Under the pieces are notes generated by a model. It was not told where the DNA came from, did not search any database, and saw nothing but the letters and a program-made list of their open reading frames with translations. 64,000 bases of DNA from Octopus vulgaris (taxonomy: Eukaryota): contig OX597825.1 of assembly GCA_951406725.2 (NCBI GenBank), positions 5,704,001-5,768,000 of the forward strand, written 5' to 3'. The stretch's first letter is position 1. Every line of letters starts with the position of its first letter. Below, piece after piece: positions 1 through 13,160 of the stretch. A program made the translations under genes and the position numbers.

Positions 1-46
1 GGTTGTTTAAAAGCCTGTCTTCGTCTTTTGCTTTTCTGTGAATTTC

Positions 47-49
<3 letters not shown>

Positions 50-136
<87 letters not shown>

Positions 137-293
137 TTATTTTATATATTATATATATATAATATTATAATATATATATATATATGTATGTATGTATATT
201 ATATATATATATATTATATGCATAAATATATATATTTATATGTACATACATACATGCACACATACATACATACATACATACATACATACATAC

Positions 294-324
<31 letters not shown>

Positions 325-337
325 CATACATACATAC

Positions 338-368
<31 letters not shown>

Positions 369-573
369 CATACATACATACATACATACGCACATACATA
401 CATTCATACGTACGTACATACATACATACATACATACATACATACATACATACATACATACATACATACATACGCACATACATACATACATTCATACATA
501 CATACATACATTCATACGTACGTACGTACATACATACATACATATATACATACATACGTACGTACATACATAC

Positions 574-604
<31 letters not shown>

Positions 605-941
605 CATACGCACATACATACATACATTCATACATACATACATACATTCATACGTACGTACGTACATACATACATACATATATACATACATACGTACGTA
701 CGTACATACATACATACACACATACATACATACATACATGCATACATACATACATACATACATACATACGCACATACATACATTCATACGTACGTACATA
801 CATACATACATACATACATACATACATACATACATACATACGCACATACATACATACATTCATACATACATACATACATTCATACGTACGTACGTACATA
901 CATACATACATATATACATACATACGTACGTACATACATAC

Positions 942-972
<31 letters not shown>

Positions 973-1331
973 CATACATACATACGCACATACATACATA
1001 CATTCATACATACATACATACATTCATACGTACGTACGTACATACATACATACATACATATATACATACATACGTACGTACGTACATACATACATACACA
1101 CATACATACATACATACATACATGCATACATACATACATACATACATACATACATTCATACGTACATACGTACATACATACGTACATACATATATACATA
1201 CATACGTACGTACGTACGTACATACATACATACATACATACATACATACCAACATACATACATATATACATACATACATACATACATACATACATACATA
1301 CATACATACATACATACATACATACATACAT
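50..1331. repeat. (TA)n followed by a ~1.1-kb compound (CATA)n microsatellite
   Basis: Directly visible. It accounts for the spurious YIHT/MYVC ORFs. Confidence 0.95.
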
Positions 1332-1538
1332 GTAACGATCTGTACAGCATTTATAATGTTTACACAAACGTAGAACATAATTTTGCATTAACATTTTCTC
1401 TTGGGGAAAAGTCTCTTAAAAGACTTTCTTACTCTCTGTCTCTCCCTCTATTTCTTTTTATTCTTCTCTCGAACTCACTCTCTTTTCCTCTATTCTTCTC
1501 TCTCTCTCTCCCCAAATGTTCTCGTTCTCTCTCTCTTA

Positions 1539-1594
<56 letters not shown>

Positions 1595-1791
1595 TGGTTA
1601 CATGTGTATATGTGTGTGTTTGTGTATATACGTGAGTGCGTGTGTATGAGCATGTGTGAGAGAGCGAGTATCTCTGTGTTTCTGACAGTTCGTTTAATGT
1701 ACGTAATATATCTTCTCTCGGAGAATGGCGACGAACTAGCAGAATCGTCAGCACGCCGGACGAAACGTTGGGCTGCATGCATGCATGTATG

Positions 1792-1867
<76 letters not shown>

Positions 1868-2191
1868 GTATGTATGTATGCATGTATGTATATATTTATG
1901 TATGTATGATTTCTTGAGTTTAATTTAGTTTTTTTCTTGATAGAGTTCAAGTCAGTTGCTGACAAAGCGGAGATCGAGTTTTTGAGTTAAAATGGTTCCC
2001 GTCTTTTTGTAAATATGCGGTTGAGATGGTCTACTGGTTGAACTGTCGAGGCATACAACGAAGTGTGAGCATCTATTCACATAAGAACCTCATTTGGAGA
2101 ATTTGGAGAATGTCTTACAAACCTTCACTGTGCCACTAACAGATTGGATTTGAAAAATCCTCGTCAGTTTGTATATATGTATGTATGTATG

Positions 2192-2225
<34 letters not shown>

Positions 2226-2312
2226 TGTATGTATGTATGCATGCATGCATGCATGCATGTATGTATGTATGTATGTATGTATGTATGCATGCATGTATGT
2301 ATGTACGTACAT

Positions 2313-2347
<35 letters not shown>

Positions 2348-2731
2348 GTGTGTATGTGTGTGTGTGTGTGTCAATACAAGTGAATTTCTATAAACGTTTG
2401 GTCGAATGATTCAGTGAATAGACTCTTTCAAATTGATGGCTTATTTGAATATGGAGAAGTTATGTTCTTGGCGTAGCAACATGTTCAGAAATACTTTTTT
2501 TTCCCTGATGGCAGCATTTATAGAGATATTTATGCTTCCTGTAACATCGACATCGTGTATTATAGAAGTTACACCTGTTCCATTGAAAACAACATTTGTA
2601 TAAAGTGATTTTTTTCAAGCAACATCTATAAAAAATGAGATTTGTTCTTCGTGCAAAAACACGTAATCAGGAATGTATTTAGGCTTCAAGTGACTTATTT
2701 GATTCGTCCGTTAACATAAGAGTATAATAAA

Positions 2732-3161
2732 GATGGTGAGATGGCAGAATCGTAAGCACGAGAAGCAAAATGCTTAGCGGCATTTCGTCTGCCGTTACGT
2801 TCTGAGTTCAAATTCCACCGGGGTTGACTTTGCCTTTTATCTTTTCGGGGTCGATACATCAAGCACCAGTTACGCACTGGGGTCGACGTAATCGACTTAA
2901 TCCGTCTGTCTGTCCTTGTTTGTCCTCTCTGTGTTTAGCTCCCTGTGAGCAGTAAAGAAATAAGAATCGTAAGCATGACGGGCAAAATGCTTAGCGGCAT
3001 TTCGTCCGTCTTTACGTTCTGAGTTCGAATTACGCCGAGGTCGACTTTACTTTTCATCCTTTCGTGATCGAAAAAATAAGTGCTAGTCGAGTACTTGGGT
3101 CAGTGTAATCGACTTATCCCTCTCCTAAAATTACTGGCCTTGTGCCAAAATGTGAAACCAG
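2732..3161 (+). mobile_element. tRNA-derived SINE family A (two modules)
   Basis: A-box-like TGGCAGAATCG, B box GAGTTCAAATTCC, and core GACTTTGCCTTTCATCCTTTCGGGGTCGATAAA..GTACCAG (resembles the Meta-SINE domain from memory). Confidence 0.85.
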
Positions 3162-4469
3162 TATAAGAGGATAGTAGTCTCCGATTGATTGAGAATTAAC
3201 ACAATAATTTAGCCATCGATTAAATCTATGTACGCAATTTCACTCATTAGGATATCATGAAACATAGTTCGATCTTTTTCAATAAACAGAAAGTTAGAAA
3301 AAATATTTCGTTTAACACTTTGACTACGTAATTAAATTTCGTGGTCATTCCCGTAATGATGTTAATAACTATCTACCAAAGAAAAGAATATTTTCTGCTT
3401 CTGCGATACTTTTTCATTATCTTCTGTAAGTATGGTTATCAAACCCACCATTGAAAGTGTTTGATTCGTGTTCTGTAACGCAATATTTGATGAAATGCGT
3501 GAAAAAAAAGTTAAGAAAACCTAAAAAAAAGTCGTCTTTTGTAAAAAGTGTCACGGAGCGGGGATGGGGCTTCGTCTCTCGAAACATAAGGATTTTTTTT
3601 TTTCAACGCCTTTGAGTAAAATATCTTTCAACAGTAAACGGTAATAACATTTTGAGTGAATATATCCGCTTCCCGCTTTCAAAGGGTTAATACACCAGCA
3701 AAGCTGTGTCTTTCATGATTAAGGAGGAAAATAGAAAAATCTGAAAGGGATCCGCTAGGTGACACATGGAAAATCTTCAAATTACAAAATGATATGATGC
3801 GGTTGGACATTGAATGACTTGTACATATTCTGAAATATTTTCCATTTTAGCTTTAGATTAATTTAACTGAAAGAATGTTCGCTCCTGACGAAATAGAAAA
3901 ATTTTCACAACAAAATCTGTCAATGATTTCTACATTTCACTTTTTCCCTATTTGAAAGATTAAATAAGAATTTTAATAGACAAGAACCTTAAAATGATTG
4001 AGTACCATGCCATGGCAAATACGTTTCAATGATTGAAAAGCCTGCCAAAATTGTCATTTATAGCCTGTCCGATAACATAATCCCGAAGATGAAAAACGAA
4101 GCCAGTACAGGAGTAAAACTAATAAATTAAATATGAATCTATAAGGCAAGGAAATATCGGTTTTACTGCATAGGAAGTAAAATTGTTACGGCGTAGAGAG
4201 AAGCGTAAAGTTATCGGTTTCAGTAAAGTGTTCTACGACGTTGTGTTGCGGCGAAAATGTAATAAATTGAAGTGCTGATACGTCGATGTGTTGGATTTTA
4301 ATAGGGGTGAGGCATGTTGAAAATAAGTGGCAACAAGTTAGATTCTGTTTTGGTTGTTGCACCAATTTACGCTTCGTCCTCGATCACATTGTCTATTTAC
4401 AACTGATGTCTCGATACGAAACGTTGGAGCAAAACATGAGTGCTAGCTCAAAGTTCTGTAGAACGTCTA

Positions 4470-4882
4470 GAAATACCTATTTCTTTACTACCCACAAGGG
4501 GCTAAACACAGAGAGGACAAACAAGGACAGACAGTCGATTGTCTCAACCCTAGTGCGTAACTGGTACTTAATTTATCGATCCCGAAAGGATGAAAGGCAA
4601 AGTTGACCTCGGTGGAATTTGAACTCAGAACGTAACGGCAGACGAAATACCTATTTCGTTACTACCCACAAGGGGCTAAATACAGAAGGGACAAACAAGG
4701 ACAGACAAACGGATTAAGTCGATGATATCGACCCCAGTGCGTAACTGGTACTTAATTTATCGACTCCGAAAGGATGAAAGGCAAAGTCGACCTCGGTGGA
4801 ATTTGAACTCAGAACGTAGCGGCAAACGAAATACCGCTAAGCATTTCGCCCGGCGTGCTAACGTTTCTGCCAGCTCGCCGCC
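4470..4882 (-). mobile_element. SINE family A with tandem modules; degenerate plus-strand copy at 4920-5085
   Basis: Reverse complement of the family A head, core and tail. Confidence 0.85.
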
Positions 4883-5086
4883 AGCGTCGAGAAAATATTG
4901 TACATTATTTGTTCTAGCTCTTAACGTTCTGAGTTCAAATCTTGCTGAGATTAATTCTCATCAATGCTCTCTATCATTTCCGAGTTCATAAAATAAATTA
5001 TCAGTCAAGTACTGTGATCGATGGTATCAAAATAACCCTCTCCCTTCGCAATTGCTGACATTGGGCCTCAATTAGAAACTGTTATC

Positions 5087-5350
5087 ACAAGAGCACTCAG
5101 AAAGCGCAAACCTCCGCCAAAGCAACACCGACGTCCTCTCAATGATTAGCCAGAGATGATTTTTAAAATGAGAATATCTGAAATAAACTCTACTGCTCTC
5201 ACAAACAAGAATACTAAAAATGAACCCAACCGCTCTCAAAAGTCAAGTGAAAAAAAAAAAACTGGGAAAATATTCCACAATCCTTGTTCGGTACCGGATC
5301 GATCCCAAAATCTAATCAGTCCGTGCCAGTCTCGAGGCCAAACATCCCTG
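5087..5350. mobile_element. Helentron/HINE-like non-autonomous element fragment
   Basis: CAAGAGCACTCAGAAAGCGCAAACCTCCGCCAA terminus plus CCGGATC..CCAAAATCTAATCA, motifs I recall from HINE-type repeats. Confidence 0.45.
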
Positions 5351-5808
5351 CTAGCTAGCTGCCTTAGCAAATTAAAATTAAATTAAATTAAAATGTATTT
5401 GTCACGGAAGAATCCCAAGTATTAGAACGACCTTTTATGTGTATTAGAACGACCTTAAATACCTAATGATCTTATAAAAGCTGGAGGTAGTGCTGTACTA
5501 TAGTAGCGAAGCATTTAGCGCAGGTCTTCTGGAAATATAGAGCACATACCATATGTTTTAAAGGACGAGGGTGAAATTTGGTCTCTATTCTTTGTAGATA
5601 GCGGAAACTCATACTGGCATCCATGTATGTATGCATATATACATGCATACATACATACATACATACATACATACATACATACATACATACATACATACAT
5701 ACATACATACATACATACATACATACATACATACGAAGATATATATATTGTTGTATTTGGGGCTGGTCATGTTGCCAGCTAAGCTAATACGAATATATAA
5801 ACATATAT

Positions 5809-5874
<66 letters not shown>

Positions 5875-6493
5875 CGGTACTTGCGTACACATATACATAT
5901 TAATCCATCCATTTAAGCCTCACTTGAAATATAGACTGAGTAAGAATCGTATTTCAGGGAATCCTATTTGACAGATAAATATTCTGGTTAGGGGCACAAT
6001 AAATCAAAACTACGAGATTAAATCTCTTGGGCACAAATAGAAATCCAGCAGCTACATAATTAAGTCACCGAGAAAAATTATTTAAGATAAATATGTATAG
6101 AACCTTATTAACTTATCTCTCGGAACTGGAATTTTACCTGAATTCTAAAAAGAAAACTTGAACGTTTTCTGAAGTGTAAAATGGAACTATACTAATCACC
6201 TGTAATTAAAAAGTATTCATATCCTGTTATAAGCTATCCAGTTATTTTATACTTGTTTCTGTCAGTTGATAGCGGCAATGCTGGGGCACCACCTTGATTT
6301 TTTTTTTTTTTTCGTCGAATGAATCGACTCCGGTACTTATCCTTTTTTAAAGTCTGGTAGTTATTCTATCGCTATCTCTTGTCGAACCGCTAAGTCACAG
6401 CGACTTAAACATACCATCACCGGTTGTCAAGTGCTGGTGGGGGACAAACATAAACTGAAAGACGCACACACACACACATACACACTCATACAT

Positions 6494-6546
<53 letters not shown>

Positions 6547-6610
6547 AGGTATTAGTGTATCTCAGACAACCTACTAACATATATATCTATATATATATAT
6601 ATATATATAT

Positions 6611-6916
6611 AAAAAAAAAGCAATAAAGATTCAAGTTAATTTAAATGAATTTACTTGAATATGGTACCTAACTTAGATGCACCAAAAAAAACTATACGGT
6701 TTTAACAATACAGTAATGTGGGGTGATTATAAGCGAGAAAGAAGCAACAAGAATGGATAGGTTTTTAGTACAATCGTTTCATACAAGGGCAGGCCTTATT
6801 AAAAGTTGCAAAAATTGCAGCATATATGCTGCAATTTTTGCAACTTTTAATAAGGCCTGCCCTTGTATGAAACGATTGTACTAAAAACCTATCCATTCTT
6901 GTTGCTTCTTTCTCGC
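6611..6916. mobile_element. PLE-like non-autonomous element ending in a perfect 184-bp palindrome
   Basis: 6733-6824 is the exact reverse complement of 6825-6916. It shares ATGGTAC-TAA-TTAGATGCACCA and GAAACGAT-GTAC blocks with the 9185-9408 element, and is flanked by (TA)n. Confidence 0.65.
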
Positions 6917-7031
6917 GTATATATATATATATATATATAGCTGGAATTTACCAAAAAAAAGCAAAAGAAGAAGACAGGTGGTGTAAACAACAAACAGTTG
7001 TATTAGTTTAACGCTCGAGAAGTGAGAAAGT

Positions 7032-7067
7032 CTTTTATGTTTTGAGCCTACGCTCTTCAACGGAAAG
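7032..7067 (-). ncRNA. Degenerate hammerhead-like motif related to 60845-60879
   Basis: Minus strand reads CTTT CCGTTGA A GAGC GTAG GCTC AAAAC ATA AAAG. Stems I and II are intact but the core is mutated. Confidence 0.4.
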
Positions 7068-7556
7068 GAACACAGAAAGAAACAGTAAGGGAAAATAAAT
7101 AAGGTTTAGTGGCTATCGATCAAATCAATGTATATGTATATCATAGGCTTCTTTCAATTTCCGTCAACCAAATCCACTCAGAAGGCTTTGGTCGGCCCGA
7201 GGCTATAGAAGGAGACACCTTGTCCAAGGTGCCATGCACTGGGACTGAACCTGGATCCTTGTGGTTGGGAAGCAAGTTTCATGTCGCACACTCAGCATTT
7301 GATCTATATTAACAAGATGTATTAAAATACTCTTTAAAGTTTATACAGATTATTTAATTCTAGTTTAATACCCGATTTACTGACTGCCCACGCACGCAGA
7401 TTTATCAAAAGAACTAGTTTTAAAATCAATTACGTTATTTATCATGCATTTATTGGTCACAAAGAAAACAGACGTCAAACAAAAGCTTTGTGTGGGAGGA
7501 AAATTTGTAATTTTAGCGAATGCTTCTGGGAGACTTTAAATCATGAAAACATGAAG

Positions 7557-7590
<34 letters not shown>

Positions 7591-7977
7591 ACTGCTGCTG
7601 CTGTTGTTGTTGTTACTGCTGCTGCTGCTGTTGTTGTTGTTGTTGTTTCATCTATTATTTTGAGGTCAGCAATAATCGATCAGGCTCATGATCAAACAAA
7701 CGTTTTAAGCCATTACGTCTGTTTTTAAATGCTTAAGGAAAAATATGGCCGACAGAAGCTAAATTCAGAAAAAGTGCTGAGCATATTAAACACGCGTACG
7801 GTAAGCGTTTCATATATACAATAAAGCTGAGTTCAAAAGCTTCCTTTAACTCAGATTGCCCATGCAATTAGTAATCAAAATCTCCCTCTGATGGTGGTTC
7901 AAAGCCGAAACACATAAATCAAGGGAGTTAACTCCAGTAGCACAGCTATCTAAAACTACGTTATCCAATGTGCTCTG

Positions 7978-8015
<38 letters not shown>

Positions 8016-8236
8016 TTTCTTTCTTTCTTTCTTTCTCTCTTTCTTCCTTTCTTGATTTTATTCTCCGTTGAATGTGTTTTTGTCGCTGTTGTTGATGATG
8101 ATGGTGATGAAGAGGAGGAGAAAAGCATGGAGGTAAGGAGGAGGAGGGGGAGGAGGAGGAAAAGGAGGAGAGAGAGAGAGGGTCATTTTGCCCGGAGTGC
8201 TAACGACTCTGCCAGCTCGCCGCCTCTTACAAAATA

Positions 8237-8298
<62 letters not shown>

Positions 8299-8559
8299 CA
8301 ACAACAACAATAATAATAATAATAATAATAATAACAACAACAATAATAATAATGATAATAATAATAATAATAACAATAACAACAACAACAATAATAATAA
8401 TAACGTATTAGACGCAGGCATAACTATGCGATAAGAAGACTCGGCTCCGGGTTCATTTCCACAGCGCGGCCCCTGAGTCAAATTTCTTCTACTGTAGCCT
8501 CAGACCGACCGAAGTCTTGCGTGTAGATTTGGTAGACAGCAACTGAAAGAAGCTTATCG

Positions 8560-8598
<39 letters not shown>

Positions 8599-8682
8599 CT
8601 GTGTGTGTGTGTGTGTGTTTGTATATATATATATATAGAGAGAGAGATATATATATATATAGATATATATATACTTCATTTA

Positions 8683-8910
8683 AAAGCAGCAGAAATTCAA
8701 CGAAACCTGTTACTCGGAGTTTCATGTTCTCGTTCGTCGGACAGAATTGTGATATCGGTTCAATTTTATCAAAACTGTCCGACGAACGGTAACGTGAAAC
8801 TCCGAGTAACAAGTTTTTTTTTAATTTCTATTGCTCTACATATTACTCTACCCCTGGTATTTGAGTACTCTTTTTTCCACCTTGTTTCACATTTATGTGT
8901 TTACTCCGGT
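8683..8910 (+). mobile_element. PLE-like non-autonomous element with an inverted hammerhead-bearing arm
   Basis: Inverted repeat ~8685-8744 versus 8775-8835, then a tail CATTACTCTAC..GAGTACT..TTTTCCAC..CATTTATGTG that recurs at 9090-9160. Flanked by (TA)n. Confidence 0.6.
8776..8811 (+). ncRNA. Variant minimal hammerhead motif (CCGACGA core)
   Basis: TGT CCGACGA ACG GTAA CGT GAAAC TC C GA GTA ACA: all three stems can form. An inverted copy at 8708-8744 has the same CCGACGA core. Confidence 0.55.
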
Positions 8911-9184
8911 ATATATATATATAAATTTAAGTAGTAAACGCATCAAGGTAGAATCGGTGTGAGCGCAGACGTCTACCGACATTGTACATTGTCATATGCG
9001 TACTCACTGAAGTAAATACGGGTTTGTAACAGTTTTTACGACAACTTTGCAGCTTTATCAATTAAGTACATTACTCTAGTAATTAAGCACATTACTCTAC
9101 CTCCAGCATTGGAGTACTATTTTTTCCACTCTTTTCGCATTTATGTGCTAACTTTGGTTGATATATATATATATATATATATAT

Positions 9185-9408
9185 AATCAGAATAAGCAAC
9201 AAGAATGACTCCGGTAATTTGGTACGATCGTTTCGTACTATATCATTTTATTAAATGTTTTAAGTATTACAACAGATTTAAAATGCCGAGTACTCATCAG
9301 CCAATTATAGAGGTTTTCCATTAATGCAAATATGGATAACACCATACAAAATTCTGGTGCATCTAAATTAAGTACCATATTGATTTGAATCTAAATTTTT
9401 GCTGAACC
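9185..9408 (-). mobile_element. PLE-like non-autonomous element carrying a hammerhead
   Basis: Lies between (TA)n tracts, contains the 9215-9307 motif, and is homologous to 6611-6916. Confidence 0.6.
9215..9307 (-). ncRNA. Type I hammerhead motif with a 49-nt loop II
   Basis: Minus strand reads TAATTGG CTGATGA GTACT [49 nt] AGTAC GAAAC GATC GTA CCAAATTA. Core boxes are intact, stem III is palindromic (ACGATCGT), and the cleavage triplet is GUA. Confidence 0.7.
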
Positions 9409-9717
9409 TATATAAATATATATATATATATGTGTGTGTGTGTCTTTGTGTCTGAGTTTGGCCTCCACCGCTTCACAACCAACGTTGGTTTGTTTACATG
9501 CCCGTAACCTAGCGGTTCGGTGAAGGAGACGGATGGGATAAGTAGCAGACTTTAAAAAAAATATATCAGTTCTGGGGTCGATTAATTCGACTGAAAGTTC
9601 GTCGGGGCGGCGCTCCAGCATGACCGCAGCATGACGAGTGAACCAAGTAAACGATAAAGAGTAAACGATAATATGAACGAAATGTTGAATGTTTTATGTG
9701 TAACTTTTAGCCCGCCC

Positions 9718-9775
<58 letters not shown>

Positions 9776-10582
9776 AATGCAGCTACGTCTGTATGTATTA
9801 AGTTGAGCAGGTTTTCCTTGGCCCAAAGCGTGTAAAGATCTTTGTGTAAGAATGTCTTTTGTGTGGAATTGTAACAATATAGCGAGTGTTCGTGAGGGTA
9901 TTGAACCGACTTCCCTAACCGCCGTCTGCACTCGTTGGAGGGGTACATGCAGTTTATTCAATACCTGTGTGTGCATGTGTCGCTATATAATTATGCAAAC
10001 ATATATATATATATATATATACATATGTGTGTGTGTGTGCGCGCGTGCGTGCGTGTTTCTGTGCTAACTCCTATATACATGCATATATACATACATACAT
10101 ATATACATGTATATGTATGTAGATATATATATATATGTATATGTCTATATATGTATATATATATTATATATGTAAGAATACATATATATATATGTGTGTG
10201 TGTGTGTATACATATATATACACATATATATTACACACACGAACAGACAAATATAAATATATATTGATATATATATATGTATATTTACACATACATATCT
10301 CTCTCTCTCTCACATACACGTGCACACACACACACACACACATACACACGCACATACACGCGCGCACGCACGCACGTCGCTGAACTTGGCCTCAATACCG
10401 AGGCTCTTTTAGTCTTTTGCCGCGCAGAATGTTTGCCTCGTTTTCACAAGGGAACACAAATAACTTTGTGTTGGAACTCTGACACACCGTCTGGTCTGGT
10501 CCGTCTGGGAAGACGGCGGCGGGGAAAGCAGTCTAATGACGGCGGGAAACGAGGGGTGGGGCAGACTGGTCGATTGAGCAAC

Positions 10583-10589
10583 AGTAGTG

Positions 10590-10651
<62 letters not shown>

Positions 10652-10701
10652 TGTTGTTGTTGTTGTTCTGGTAGTAGTACTAGTAGTAGTACTAGTAGTA
10701 A

Positions 10702-10755
<54 letters not shown>

Positions 10756-10874
10756 CAGCAGCAGTAGTAGAATGTAGGGCTGAAGGCGAATGGATCATCG
10801 AGAGGGGTTTGTAAGTTGGAGGCGGGTTGTTATAATAAGGGAGAGAGTAAGAGAGAAAGAGAGAATGGGAGTGA

Positions 10875-10946
<72 letters not shown>
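10583..10946. repeat. (TAG)n and (GAAA)n microsatellites
   Basis: Directly visible. Similar simple repeats occur throughout, for example 20170-20735, 22520-22960, 28230-28670, 39465-39548, 56370-58720 and 62750-63020. Confidence 0.95.
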
Positions 10947-10947
<1 letters not shown>

Positions 10948-11383
10948 GGTGGATGTGAGGGAGGGAGGGAGTTAATGAAGGAGCTGTGAAGGAAAGTAAG
11001 GGTCTGAAAGAGAAAAGGAAATGAAAATTGATAAAGGATAATGTAAAAAAAGGCGGGAAGAGGGGAAAGGAAGTTTGAAGGGGAAAAAAGGGGTGGGAAA
11101 AGGGTGGGCGAGGAAAAATATTTCGACTTCGACACATCATGTTGTTCCCTGGCCCCTACCGAGCATTCCAGTACCAACTACACCGCCACCACCACCAACA
11201 ACATCAACACTAACAAATATCACTCACCTCACACATACACACGTACAAAGTTTACATCCGGGGCAGTACCGCCATTGCCACCACCACCACCACCACCACT
11301 ACCAGTGCTACTACTTCATATACAATACGCAGTGTTTACCAAACCTAACACGACTATCACCAACACTAATAATAATAATAATG

Positions 11384-11892
<509 letters not shown>

Positions 11893-11929
11893 GATATAGC
11901 ATGCCCAGCTGACAATAAGGTATGAGATA

Positions 11930-12330
11930 GGCCAGATATAGTTGTAAGGCATCATGAAGGGAAAAATGCTTTCTAATTAATGTCTCAATACCAGCAGATG
12001 ACAACGTGTCTCTAAAAGAAATGGAGAAACTTTCAAAATACAAAGACCTGGAAATAGAGGTAACTCAAATGTGGAATCTAAAAACAGAAACAATCCCTAT
12101 CATAGGTATGATAAAAAAATATTCAGACAAATACGTAACAAAAACACCAGGACTTACAAACACATATAACATACAGAAAATTGCACTACTAGGCACTGCA
12201 CACATCCTACGCTGAACACTTTCCATACAATAACCATCAGAGCATCACAACAAATCACAGCACATACCTAAGGCACACAGAGCTGCTTTCGGTAGTGAAG
12301 TGAAAGCACGCTATAAAAATAAAATTACTG

Positions 12331-12332
<2 letters not shown>
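11930..12332 (+). mobile_element. Second, distinct R4/Dong-like 3' fragment
   Basis: RPDIVV..VSIPADDNVSLKEMEKLSKYKDLEIEV..IQKIALLGTAHILR, followed by a 3' UTR and (TAA)n. Confidence 0.8.
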
Positions 12333-12399
<67 letters not shown>

Positions 12400-12587
12400 C
12401 ACAAGTCACAGGACAACTGAAAACTGGTGTTTTCGGGGAATTATAAAGGAATGATCCATCCCAGTTGGTATATAATGTTGATAGAAAGATTAAAGTGTTG
12501 TGCATAGAATTTAAACTCATGACTACTGAATATGTAGTCGAATGGTTTATTCACACGGAGGACTCGTCTCTGAAACAGAATTTATAT

Positions 12588-12965
12588 TCTTTTCTACTCT
12601 TGGCACAATGCCCGAAATTTGGGGGGAGGGGCCAGTCGATTAGATCGACCTCAGTACGCAAATGGTACTTAATTTAGTGACCCGAAATGATAAAAGGCAA
12701 AGTCGACCTCGGCGGAATTTGAACTTAGAACGTAAAGAAAGACAAAAATGAGTTTTTCTACTCTAGGTACAAGGCTTGACATTTTGGGGCAGGGGGCCAG
12801 TCGATTAGATCGACACCAGTATGCAACTGATGTTTAATTTATCGACCCCGGGAAGATGAAAAGCAAAGTCGTCCTCGACAGAATTTGAACTCAGAACGTA
12901 AAGACAGACAACAATACGCTAAGCATTTCGCTCGGCGTGCTAACGTTTCTGCCAGCTTGTCACCT
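12588..12965 (-). mobile_element. SINE family A (two modules)
   Basis: Reverse complement of the family A core twice, with the head ending at 12965. Confidence 0.85.
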
Positions 12966-13160
12966 CAAAACGGAATTTATATGGAAATGTAACTATGCAA
13001 ATGTAGAACATATAAATGAAAGTACACTCCACTTGTAGACTAATGACCGTAACACTAAGTTTCAGTTTGTGTGTCAGTAGGTTTGAGGATGTCAGTTGAC
13101 TTGAGTGTGTGTCAGTATCTCGATTGTGTGTCTGTAATTTTGGTGTGCATCAGTAGGTCT

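Larger units (their letters stand above)
6245..7290 (-). mobile_element. Bipartite SINE family B (5' part 7145-7290, 3' part 6245-6460), split by an expanded internal microsatellite with nested insertions
   Basis: The 5' part has GGTTCAGTCCC..GGCACCTTGG..GGCCGACCAAAGCCTT..GGAAA-TGAAAGAAGCC. The 3' part has CTTGACAACCG..TAACTTAGCGGTTCG..CCAGCAT-GCCGC. Confidence 0.8.
8420..9670 (+). mobile_element. Bipartite SINE family B (5' part 8420-8560, 3' part 9440-9670) with nested insertions
   Basis: Same two halves in the same orientation around a (TA)/(TG) tract. Confidence 0.75.

Noticed and set aside
38-1909. 623-aa ORF and the many YI/VC/HT-rich ORFs across the window
   Set aside because: They are translations of (TA)n, (TG)n and (CATA)n microsatellites that lack stop codons, with no coding signal.
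3312-3690. Possible piggyBac-like MITE (TTAACACTTTG..CAAAGGGTTAA)
   Set aside because: The terminal match is short and imperfect, and I cannot confirm that the two ends belong to one element.
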